Assembly (NCBI GenBank): GCA_951406725.2
Contig: OX597823.1
Coordinates: 23,932,001-23,996,000 of the forward strand
DNA length: 64,000 bases
Source: Octopus vulgaris
Lineage: Eukaryota
Reading direction: 5' to 3'
Position numbers and translations under genes: made by a program. This document shows, piece by piece, positions 26,785 to 40,200 of the stretch (within the stretch, counting starts at the first letter, position 1; each line of letters opens with the position of its first letter). The notes beneath the pieces were generated by a model. It searched no databases. It saw nothing but the letters and a program-made list of their open reading frames with translations, and was not told where the DNA came from.

Positions 26785-29700
26785 ATACATACATACATAC
26801 ATACATACATACACACACTTATATATAATGATGGAATTTCCCTTTGAAGATGACGTATGAGAGTTCAGTTTTTGATGAACAACCTAGATGAAGGATTTGT
26901 TTGTAGTGATAAATGCATGTGCCATACATTAGTTCACTCCCTCAATCAAATTGATATTGCTTGTACAGGTGCATAAGTGTGCACACAATAGATATTGAAA
27001 TGATCACAGAGCAATGTGAATTGAAGAGTTTTGTTTCTTTTTTTATCATTCAAAGTGCTCCTACAACCACTGGTATTATAACTGTCTTAAGCAAATCTTT
27101 ATATTTTTGTTCTTGTCAAATTCTTTTGCTGAGATATTATGATCACAAGGAATGCTCATGTCAATCAATAAACGAACCTTATTGTTTTAGTCTTTCACAA
27201 CAATATTTGATGGTTTTTGTCTGTATGTACTGGAAAGTCCAAAGGAATCTTTACATTTTCTCCATCAGTTACAGCCTTGGGGTAGTGCTTATACCATTTG
27301 TCAGTAGTTTTGATTTTATAATGCTGACATATTAGCCAACTCTGCCATGTTTTTGTTTATACTTTATAGGTGCTAAAACTTTACATCCAGTGTTTAGGTG
27401 ATCCACTGTTTTAATCTCATTGTTGCAGTATCAGCACTTTGGATCTTCTCCATTTTTCATCATATCAGCTTAGTAGTTCCAGGTCAATAAGCTTTGATCT
27501 TGGGCTGCTAAGATAAAAAGCTTTGCTCTCTGCCTTTAGCCCTGAGCTCTGTAACCACTGATGGATGTGCTTCTGGTCTACATCTGCTTGTTTGCTATGA
27601 GCCACATATTTGCCATGCAGAGGTTTTTGTTCCCACCTATCAGTTCACACACTTTTTTCTTTGCCATTTATTTCACCTTCTTTACAACAACAGTTGCTGC
27701 ACTTCCATCATGCTGTCTTGTCTGGGCATTATTCATGAAATTAGTAGCAAACGTTTTTCTCCTCTTCATAACAGAATGGAATTTCTTATGTCTCTCCATG
27801 ATTTTCAATGAGTTTTAGCATCAAGTCATTAGATGTTTCAAAATGTTTGGCCAGTCCAATTGTTGTGGTTCTGTAAGAGATTTCAAATTGGATCAAGCAA
27901 AAAATCCTGGGGCTTTGGGAAAGTAAAGGTGACCCACATCTGCCTTTGGAGGTGCATCTTACTGCACATTGCAGCTATAAATAAGAAATGGAACTGCTCA
28001 GGAATTTATGGCTAACAACTTGTTACATGCATTTATCTCAGATTTCAGGACTACTCAAGCTATCCTGTAACATTCCTTCGTGATCTTCTCTTTCATGCTT
28101 GCATGCTGAATGCCAGAACCTTCATTATCATCATCATCATTATTATTATTATTATAAATAGCCAACAAATAGTGGGTTTCCATAGTAAAGGAATACCCAT
28201 CCATAGGTGCAAGGATAAGCTGAACCACAATCACAAAAATACCAATAGCTTAATTTAATATCTTAAGAAAGTTATTACCCTATTGATCTGAGTGGCATAA
28301 AATGTGTCATAATGCATCTTAACAATTTGAACAGAACAATAAAAGAATTATATCTAGCAATCGACAGACATATTTGTCCAATCCCAGGCAAAGTCAAAAA
28401 TTATCATTGTCTCCCTTGTGATTCCATAGCAAAATCAATAACTAGACCCAAATTACATTCACACATCCCTTGTAAATAGCTGCTGCTTCTTTTATTTTTA
28501 AATCCTTTTTTTTTTTTTAAAGTCCTTTCCTTCAAACACTCATATTAAAATCGACTGGAGTGACCATCATAATAATTCATTACATATTTTTAAAATATTA
28601 GATAATTATGTAGAAGTACCAGGAGTTAAAATTTTGAATAACGTATGAGAAAGTCCTTTGGTGCATTGTTGTATCAGCAAGCAACATATAATAAAACACA
28701 ATCCATCAAAAATTATTTTTCAGCATAAGATATCCTTCTCAGAATTCATGTGAATTCTAGTACATTACAAAGCATATTCAGAACCTTACCTCAATATCTA
28801 AGTTGCAGATATTCCATTTGTACTTTCCTCTTCTGATGATGCGCTTTTTTTTGAGACTGAATGACTGTAGCAATACTTGACACATTGGTTGATCACCTGT
28901 TTAAGGAAGAATCAAACCTGTAAAAGCATACCATTAGAGAAGAGATGTACAAATAAATTATCTGCTGCCTAAATACCAAGACAAGGTTTCAAATAAGTCT
29001 CAAGATTTTCTACATCTCACATCAATTCTAATTAGGGTGTCATTTTGTGAACCAGTTGTTTATAATTAATTTTCCATTTACAAAATTATGCTCTACATGC
29101 TTTACAATATTTGATAAACAGTGGGGGGAAATAAATATTCGTAGATGTCAAAATTCTTTATTTATTTAATTTCTAATGCACATAAATGGGATATACCAAT
29201 ACTATATTTGCATACACATGCATAAACTAAGAATATGCAAAAGAAACTAATAGATTAGCATAGAAAATCATACATTTATTCTGTATGAATACCTTTTTCA
29301 CCCCTAAATATTTATAATTGTATATAAATTTATTAGTTACTATAACTTATTAGTTTCTTTTGCATATTCTTAGTTTATACATGTGTATGCAAATATAGTA
29401 TTGGTATATCCCATTTATGTTCATTAGAAATTAAATAAATAAAGAATTTTGACATCTACGAATATTTATTTCCCCCCATTGTATAAACGTAGTGTGTGTG
29501 TGTCTGTGTGTTTCAGTTGGTGAATGAGTACAAAATGTATTCCTTGTTTCCTTTTTTATCTTTTCAGCTGACAAACCTTTGAAGCTACGTAAAATTAGCC
29601 TACCACCGAAAACTGCTTTGATACAGCTTCAGGATAAAACTGTAGCAGAGTGTAATAAAGCATGTTATCAATATCAACAATGTAATTCTTATGAGTACCA

Positions 29701-31760
29701 TGAAAAATCTAAATCATGTGTTCTGAGTAATGTGGATCAGTTGACTGGTGATCTTAAACCCAATGTAGGAAACTGGGATGTTTATATCACTAGCCCAGGT
29801 CAGTACAGTATTTCCATTTTATCTGTATGTGTGTGTGTGTGTCGGGGGGGGGGGGCATTTTAATCATATAAATCAACACCGGTACTTATTTCTAAAGCCT
29901 GCTACTTATTCAGTTGGCCTGCTTTGCTGAATATTAAGATGTAGTGCAACAAAATAGGAACTGTGTGGTTGGGAAGTAAACATCTTACAAAGCATAAATG
30001 AATAAATTCTAAACAGTAACATAGCCCTAAATTTAATCAATAAAAATTTCTCTAGAACATTCTCCATAACAACCCATTCTAAAATCTAATTACTATTCTG
30101 CTCAAACCCATACGCCTAAAGAAGATTTTTAACTTAACAATAACAAGTCAAGATTAACTTCAGTGAAACACAGTCTGAACTTCGAAGTCCCTGTCACTAA
30201 CATTCTTGTTTAAGAATAATATCTGTGTATGTGAATGATAAAAATTGATGAATTGGTTATCTGGCATTGCTAGAATTGTTTGATTAATGTTTTTAGTGTC
30301 AAGCAAGTGAGCATTAACTTGTTGATTAATTAATCAACTAGCCAGTTCTCACTTGTTTATTTAATAGCCTCATGAGATGGCAGTTATGCAGCATATCACA
30401 CAATCTAAATTATTATGCTTATGTCACAAGAAAAACTCCTAATGAAACCATTGTAGTAATACTAGATAATCCATCCATCTGTTTTTGATATGTTCGTACA
30501 CCAATCCATTCATCTGTTTTTGATATGTTCATACACCAATCCATTCATCTGTTTTTGATATGTTCGTACACCATACTTAAGTTTCCATTCATCATTGGAT
30601 AATTTTGGATACTATGGGATTTGTGGATTATCAAACAATCATGAACTGACTAAAGATAATAGATTATTTAACTGTTTCTTTTGCATCATTCTGTGTAGGT
30701 AATTTGTGTCACTCTTCATTTTAATATGCCTTGATCCTTTATGGATACCATATGCATGTGCGCATGCACACACACACACACACACACACATACACACACA
30801 TGATATTAAGGATATACAAAAAATGTAATTAACTTCTTAGGTTTTATAAAAGCGCCACCTGTTTAAATAAATCAACTGACAAGATTACATAATCAAATAT
30901 GTGGTGGAATATAGGGTGACAGAGGTGTGTGGTAATGGCCATACCCTCCCCTATATATTTAGGTAGACACAGGTATACTCTCATAGACACTCACAGCCAT
31001 AGAGTTATACACACTATAGAGAGTAAGGATGGTAAAATAATAACCCCAAATCAATGTAGAAACAGTGGCAATGGCAAAAATGGCCCCAATAACAATAATA
31101 ATTGTAGCAATATTTACTTCAGCATAAACAGCTTCTGTCACATATAAAAGGTGAATGGAGATAGTTGCTGCCTTTGATGGATTTATAATATCAGCTTCAA
31201 AGAACTTGCTCTTAGGTAGAGAAAGCAGGCATTCAGAAATATTTCTGTGGTCACAAGGGAGTGATATATAGTGTACCACCCACCCTGACATCCTTCCAAT
31301 CGCATGTCCATCATCACACACATACAGTTAGATATACATGCATGCAGTGTTAAACCCATATGTGATGTAATCCACACACATAATTACATGCACACACACT
31401 CGTGTCTGTCGATGAACCCATACACACATATACATACTATATACTCAATCACAAATACCCACCCTTACTATCATTCCATAGAGCAACCAAACTTCTTAAG
31501 TAATTAAGTGTGCTCTTTTTCTGTGGATGCCTATAGAGTGTAGCAGATTCCAAACCTTGAATCTGCTACACTCTATATATATTCCCTACTGGGAATGACC
31601 AACTTTTAGAGAATCTTACATTGCTTATAAACTCTATATCTGGATGGACTCATATTAAACATTGTTGGACTTTGGGATTTTACTCAAAGGATATTGGAAT
31701 ATTACACATATATACCATTATGCCTATAAAACAAATTTACGAATTCAATAACCATACATA

Positions 31761-31798
<38 letters not shown>

Positions 31799-34700
31799 CT
31801 AGTAATAGGCAGCATTCAACTTTTTTCCATCCATGGGTTTTTTAATCCAATTTTCCACAGCTGTTCTTTAAGTTTCACTGTTAAAAAAACTACTATGGTT
31901 TATCTTATATCTTTCAAAGTATCTTAAGTTTTTGTGGTGTAAACAGCATACAGTTCTTACTGTTAAGTACAAAGATTCTAAAAATGTAAGGTAAAAATCT
32001 GAAGTATTTTTTGGTATAATGGTAATGTTCACAAGACACGAGGGTTCACTTCCTACTGTAATCTTCAACATGTTTTCATCACAAGCTTTTTTTAACCTAA
32101 CATTTTACATACAATTATTTATAATTTTATGTATTTCAAGTTTCACTGATAAAAAAAAGTTATTTATTTTATATACATATATATATTTATATATATATTG
32201 ATACATGGTGATTTTTAATCTGTATGCTTCAGGTCTCCTCCTCCTCCTCCTCCTTCTTCTCTCCTCTCCATCATCATCACCATCCTCATCATCATTATCA
32301 TCACTTAACATCTGCTTTCCATGCTAGCATGTGTTGGACAGCTCAATAGGAACTGGTAAGATGAGGGGTCACACCAAGTTCCATAGTTTGTTTTGGCTTG
32401 GTTTCTACAGCTGGATGCCTTTCCTAATGCCAACCACTATACAGTGTACAGCATGGTTTTTATGTGGCACCAGCACCAGTGCTTTTTATGTGGCACCAGC
32501 ACCTATGCCAATGCCTTTTATGTGGCACCTTGGTTTTAGGGTCTCAGTTCTGTTGTGGTAGGTGGGTCTTCTCAAGTACAGTTATGTGCAACAAGGCCCA
32601 GTCTTCTGTCATCTCGTTTGTAAGGTTCGACATTTTGAAATCAGCCTTCAGTATTTCATCCCATGTCTTCCTAGGTCTCCCTCTTCCACAACTTCCCTCC
32701 ACTTTAAATGACTGGCATTTCTTAATGCAACTGACCTCATCAATCTATCTCACATGACTACACCAGTACAGTCTCCTATCTTGCACACTGCATCTAATTC
32801 TTCTTATGCTCAACTTATCTCTCAATACATCAATGCTCTGTTGCACATGTTTGCTGATATCACAGATCTAGCAGAGTACACTGGCTTCACTCCTCTCCAG
32901 CTTTCACATGTCCTCCACATTCAGAGCCCACATCTCACTACCAAACAGCATTGCATCATACAATCTTCTCTTTACTTGGAGAGATAGAGAAACCCTTGGT
33001 TGCCAACAGAGGTAGAAGCTTTCTGAACTTTCTCCATCTTATTCTTCTTCTGTCGATTACACTTGCTGTACAATCCTCCTGTCTGTTCATTGGTTCCTCC
33101 TCTTTACTCCTGTCTGTTCATTAGTTCCTCCTCTTCCCTCCTGCCTGTTCATTGGTTATCACACCATTTGTTTGGCAGTGGTCTTGGAGAAACATATTTG
33201 GACAGCCTGTGCATAGTTTGTACATAACATTCAGGTATGTTATAGGTCTATAGTTTTTAACCACAATCTTGGTGATTAAAGTAGTGAGGGTTATAAGTTT
33301 TCCTATGAGTGTTTCTTGGTAGCAGTTCCCATACAATTTGGAGAACCTAACATACAGTTATAGTTGGTGATTCATGAAACCATTTGTAGCATTGCATTTG
33401 ATGATAGTGTCCTACTGTCCTACATTCTTCCTGAGTCTGTGGATGTTATTTTGAAAGGAGGTAATCCATCGAACTTTGGATACTGGTAGAATGTGTCATA
33501 TAAAACATCTTTTACTCTTAGTGTTGTTGTGAAAAGTTTTTATTTTCAAAGTTATTTTGTGTTAAAGTTGTCGTATTTCAGTAATTTCAATCAATCAATG
33601 ACGTGTATTCAGCTGAATAAAATTACTGCTGTTGTTTGTCAACAACAACTATCAGTGGTGTATATTTCATTTGTCACTGTTATCATAATGACATCGTTCA
33701 TGCATTTGTACTAATTTTAGCTTTAGGATTTTAAGGTTAGGGTTAGGGTTGGGGTTTTAGAGTTAGAGTTACAGAAGAAAGTGAAAAATGAAGAAATTGG
33801 AGGGGAAGGAGGAGGTGGGGGCAAAAATGTCTTTCTGAAAATAGTAGTTGAAAAACTAAAAAAACTAAAAGCAGTAGAAATGTCCGAACGATTAGGGTGG
33901 TGACATGCTTCAGATACACTCATTTATTCATACAAATGTAACTGAGATGAAATATGTCATAAATAACAGTGACAAACGAAATATACACCACCGGAAGTTG
34001 TTGTTGACAAACAACAGCAGTAATTTTATTCAGCTGAATACACATCGTTGATTGGTTGAAATTACCGAAATACGACAACTTTAACACGAAATAACCTTGA
34101 AAATAGAAGCTTTTCTCAGCAACACTAAGAGTAAAATATGTTTTATATGACACATTCTACCAGTGTCCAAAGTTTGATAGTGTTTAGTTATCAAAAAGTA
34201 ATTTCCCGATCTTCTGCTGAAAGGGAAAAGATCCCTCTTACTCCCATCTGTTGGTGCACAGTTATGGCACAATATAGCAGGACACTTATTGTCCAAATTT
34301 GTGAGTTGGATTTGAACTACTTGTTCTCACAATTTTGTCAATCAGAGATGACATCAAAGTCAGTGGGTTTTTTCCAAACTTGTGTCAGTATTGTTCTTTC
34401 ATGTAGTGCCTTATGTATATAAGTGAAGTATAAAAGTGTATATAGTGGAGTTCTATTTGAACTTTGATGCAAGCTGTGATTTTAATATTCTATATTCCTC
34501 ATTTGTTTTTGTGGGATCATAAGTAGTTGCCAAATGTCTGTGTAGTGGTGGTGGTTTGTTACTATTGTGTTCATCTTGCTCGTGTTTCTTATAGTTCACA
34601 GTCTCTTCATGGAAAACGTTTACTGTGTTGTTAATACAAGTATTATCATTTGTGCATGTTGGCTAAAATGGTCCTATTTGGTATGGAGACATATTTTTGT

Positions 34701-37193
34701 TCAACGAATGTAACTTGCTAGTGTAATTGTTTTGTTGAAAAATTTGAGAATGTTGGGTGTTTTTTATCCCAGTATTCTTTGTCTCTTCATGTAGCTTATT
34801 GAGGTGTCTTCCCTAGCCTTTCTTTAAAACTGGTGTAGGTCTTGGTTCAGTTCAAAAGTCCACTGGAATTTTTCTCAGTAGTTCCATGAACTGCAGTTGC
34901 TGACTCTGGGTTCTTTCATTGTCATGGAATATGTATAGTAATTTTTCCATATGGTTTGTATTTTACTGTTTGATTACTGCTTTGATCTTTTCAAAAAAAT
35001 GTTGTTTGTTTGCATTCACTCAAAGAAAATAAACATTTCTTTTACCAGGCTTGCTTTAATAGCGAAAATTATAGGGGATAGTATTCCTTACCCAGGGCAA
35101 TGAATAGACCTCTCTGCTAATGTGTTTGTGTTCAACACTATATATGTATGCATGCATACATATAAGTAAATGAAAGCTAAGACTAGACTTGTATAATGTA
35201 ACAGTGATACTTATCTTTGCATATTCTCCACACTCTGGCCTAGCAGATGAACAGGAAGACCATTTGTATGAGAACCTTCTGCAATATATATATATACATA
35301 AATACTTACATACATTTATACACACAAAATACATATGTATGTATGTATTTTACATATGTATGTATTTATATCTGTATGTAAGTTTCTTCAGTTTCTTTCA
35401 TTTAATATCTTTTATTTTAATTTTATCATTATCTTTTCAATTTCACCCTCCTCCTTACATACACTTGCCATTTATATCAATTTCTCTTACCTACTCCAGT
35501 TTTCACAAAAGTTGACTGTGGACCACCAACACAGGTTGTTGGTGCAGAGAAATCTTACACTACCTCCACCTATAAATCTGAAGTGACCTATACTTGCCCA
35601 GAAGGAATAATGTTTACGTCAGTATGTAAAGAGGACAATAAATGGTCTCCAGTAGTGTCTTCTTGTAAAGGTAATGTAATTAGGTCCTCTCTTGTTGCCT
35701 CTGTCTATGTAATTTTATTCTGTTTTGTGTAAAATGTCTTCACCAAAAGAAGAATGACAAATTCCATGACAATTTCCATGGTGTTTGTGGCTAGTGAAAG
35801 AGAGAGATAGAAAGCTATCCTTAGATCAAAGACATTCTCATCTATACATTGTGTCAAACCAAACACTGTACAGTACAATGTACTGAGTTCTTCTACACTA
35901 GAATTCAGCAATAATCTGAAACAGATTCCTGATGCTCTTGTAATCTTTCAATCCACCAACCTAAATTATTATAAAACAGGTTATGGTAATGATACTTTCT
36001 GATTTGGGCAAAAAACCCCAAAAGTTTTGTTAGAAGTGTTTTAGTCACTATCATCAACTCCAGTACATGACTTGTTTGATGTTATTGACCCTCACAGGAA
36101 TGTAAGTCTAAGGTGTAACATTGACTGGATTTGAAATGAAAACATGAAGAGCCTGAATACATGTCAAAAAGCATTTTTTTAGTTCTTCTAAGTAGTATAC
36201 ATGTATATACTTAAGATAAAGATGAAGGATAATGCAATTCTGTTCTATGTAGAAGATCATTTTCTTGGACCAATTGAAGACCACCATAAACCTCAAGGGC
36301 AAGATCCTTCAGAGGAATATGAATTATTTTCATGAATCATCTCAGAAGAATTTGTGGCCCTGTATCTAAGTTAGGAACTATTATCATTATTATTGTTACT
36401 GTCAAAAATAATTATAATAATTCTTGTTGTTAAGAATGATATATTCACAGAATCATTAGAGCATCAAACAAAATGTATAATGATATTTGTTCTGGGGCCC
36501 ATAACTTCTTAGTTCAAATCTGGCTGATGTCAACTATGCCTCTCTAGTGTCAAGAAAATAAAATGCTAATCAAGTGTAAAAGCCAATTTAATTGATTACT
36601 TCTTACCTCAAATTGTTGGTCTGCTTTGTATGTTAGAAATTATCATTATTATTGTTCTTGCTGTTTCCATTTGTCTGAATTTTACTTTAATTCTAGTTAC
36701 TGTAGTCCATTTTGTGAAAATAGAACATGCAATTTTGAATGTACCCACGAAAACATTGTTATACAAGGAAAATGTAACAGCAAGTGTCTGTGCAAAGAAA
36801 TGTTTATCTGACATTACTTGTTTATCATTTGAAATAACTAAAGAAAGTAGAAAATGTTACTTGTTAAAAGATTCAGCTTCCTCAAATACAATAAGAACAA
36901 GCGAAGACAGAGATTACTACCAGCGAATAAGTAATTATTTTTGTATTTTATTATTGCACTTCCTTTTTCTCTTTTCTGAAATTTGTGATTTCATTTGTAC
37001 TTCATATTATATAAACAACTATTTCTATAAAGATACTGAGGGGTTTAACTGATAAAGATGTGTTCCTGAAATAAGCAATATCAAGACCTGTAAATGTTGT
37101 TAGGGCATTTTCATAGAGTATTTGTTGAACTGCATGTTTCATTGTATTGTTTTTGTATATGTGTAAGAAAAGAAACATGTTATTTTTTAAACC

Positions 37194-37266
<73 letters not shown>

Positions 37267-40200
37267 CAAATTTTGGCACATTCACAGCAGGTTTGAGGTG
37301 AGTGCAATTTGATTCCATCAATGCAAGTTCTTGTCTGGTATTATATTGTATCAACTGCAAAAGAGATGAATAGCAAAGTTGACAGTAGTGGAGTTTGAGC
37401 TCAGAATGTAATGGGGTGGAAGAAGTACGAGGGACATTCAATAAGTAATGCCTCTGACCCACTTGCAGTTGTTTGATCTAGCTGAAATTTTGCATGTGCA
37501 ATCATTTAAATCTCTATAGAGTAAGTGGCAAATTACAGCTCTGAATTAATTGTGGTTTCTGATTTACAGGTGTTTGAACCGAGTCAAGTGTGAAATGGAG
37601 TCTGTTGAGTGTCAAGCAGTGATCCGGTTTTTGTATTTGAAAGGACGCACACCACGGGAGACTTTTGATGAAATGAAAGTAACTTATGGTGATGATGCCC
37701 CATCATATGACCTTGTAAAACGCTGGCATCGTGAATTCAAACATGGTCGGAACTCTGCGGAAACAGCTCCCAGATCTGGTTGCCCCCTTCTGCCATTGAT
37801 GAGGCATCTGTCCGTCAAGTTGAGGCTGCCATTTTGGAAGATCGACGCATAATTATTCGCCAAATAGCCCATGAGGTCAAGATTAGTACCGGGTCTGTGG
37901 AAACTATCATTCATGACCATTTGCATATGCAAAAGGTGTCTGCCAGATGGATTCCCAGGTTGCTCACACCTTTCCAGAAGCAAGAACGCGTCGAGTGCTC
38001 GAGGGTGAATTTGGAGATGTGCCAAGAAGATGAGTCAAAATTTTTCAAAAGACTGATTACACAGGATGAAACCTGGGTCCATCACGATGATCCAGAGACC
38101 AAAGCCCAGTCAATGCAGTGGAAGCACCGTGACTCACCCCCTCCAAAGAAGGCAAGGGTGCAGCCCTCCGCTGGCAAGGTCATGCTCACAGTCTTCTGGG
38201 ACCAGGACGGAGTAGTGATGACAGATTTCCTGGCAAAGGGTACCACAATTGCAGGAGCCTATTATGCTTCACTTTTGAGGAAATTAAGAGAAGTTATCAA
38301 AATCAAGAGGCGGGGCAAGATCAGCAAAGGCATCCTCCTCCTGCAGGACAACGCTCCGGTCCACAACTCGCTTGTCGCCAGATCAGAAGCACAGGCGTAT
38401 GGCTATGAACTCCTCCCCATCCCCCTACTTTCCTGACCTTGCACCCTCTGATTTTCACCTCTTCCCAATCATGAAGTTGTTTTTGAAAGGAAAGTGTTTC
38501 CCAGATGATGCAGCCTTGATTTCTGAAGTCACGTTGAGGTTGGAGGACCAAGCTGGGTTTTTCTACAAAAACGGTCTCCAGAGCCGCATCAAACGATGGG
38601 AGAAATGCGTAACTCTGGGTGGTTCCTATGTAGAAAAAGACTAATAACTGTGCCAAGTTTCATTGCTCTACTGCTATGGGAAGTGGGTCAGGGGCATTAC
38701 TTATTGAACGCCCCTCGTAAGTACAGTATCTAACTACTCATTGCTATCCTTCATAATCTGATACACAAAATAAAAGAAGTAATGTTAGTCTATGAATTTG
38801 TGAATCTTCTATATTATGGTATGACTATTAGAAAAGGGTGCCCTTCCTATCACCAACTATCATACCACATATAGAGTACATTTTCTTCTACTACTCGAAT
38901 TAGATTGTCTGCTGGGACTAAGAAATCCTCTGAACATAAGTTCGTAATCAGAATAGTCCCATGGATTTAAAAGTATACCAGCCAGCACTTTCACTCACTT
39001 TCATCTCAAGGATTTTGTCATTTCCTGACAGAATCTTTTCTTCTTGGAGCCCTGGAAATCTACTGCTATAATAACTGCAATGTTAGAATAATCATTAAAG
39101 CTAGGATGGCATTGCCATCATGATGAATTTTATGAGTAAGAAAGAAAGACGATATTTTTCTGTATATATGAGGAACATTACCAAGCCAAAATCATAGACC
39201 TTGCTGCAACATTTATCCTACATACACTCAAAACATTCAAGCACATTTGTAGATAAGGTTTATAAAGGGGCAATCATCTAGCAACTTCATGTTATGTGAA
39301 TAGCCAAAACATGAATAGATTCAGAAAGAAGTTTAGTTTAAATGTAACAATTATTTCCGGTTGAACTACATGCAACTAATTGGATATTACTTTAGACTTG
39401 AAATCAAGTACAGTGATCCCTTGTTTATCGCTGTAGATTGATTCTGAGACCGGCCAAAATAACTGAATTTCTGCAAAGTAAGGTCACCATATTTACAGTA
39501 TTTATTTAACGTGTGTTTGGACTTTTAAAACCCTCTCTGTACTGTTAACAACCCACCCATTACAGTAGTCTATTAATAACAAGGACAACTGTTAAGCAAT
39601 AACACTTTAGATTTAAAAAAATAAATATTCTTACACGAAAGAAGTTGAAGTAAAATTTGAATGATGATGGTGATAAATTTGCTGTGCAGTTGAAATGATG
39701 ATGATGAAGCTGATGGTGGTGCCCTTTCCTGGGACACCTCTTCTACTTCTTCTGAAGGTGCAACTGTAGTAGTAGCAGCAGGAACTGGTTCTTTTTTGCG
39801 AGGCTGCAAAAACATTGTGATAGGAAGTTGCTGCTGCTTCTTTTTCTGTTAAAAGAGCATCTTGTAGGGATTCATGCCTTCATTGACCTTGTTGCAAAAT
39901 TGCACTGAGCGAACCATATCGTCATCCCATTTCTGTAACCCCTCTTTCAATTATTTAGCCAAGTTGTAGAACTTGGCCAGCCATTCCAAAGTCAAGCCAG
40001 TTTGGTCGACAACTTCTTACTTTTCTTGCTGCATTTCTTCTTATTCTTCTTCGCTGGCCAACTTTGTCAAGTCTTCGAGGTCTGCGTCGGTTAGCGGCTG
40101 GGAATGGCAGTCTAATAACGCATCGATGTCTCCCATGGTCATGTCTGCAAAGCTGTCACCTCCAATGATTGCAGCCAACTTGCAAAGCTTTCTGTACTGT

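Noticed and set aside
33731-33770. Interstitial telomere or chromosome fusion scar
   Set aside because: Only a few degenerate units, internal to a foldback element.
36630-36696. Hydrophobic 'signal peptide-like' N-termini of the A-exon ORFs (e.g. MLEIIIIIVLAVSICLNF; also 6547 and 25016), suggesting separate single-exon secreted genes
   Set aside because: These translate the T-rich acceptor tract and SINE tail. The starts are not conserved between copies, whereas the AG acceptor position is.
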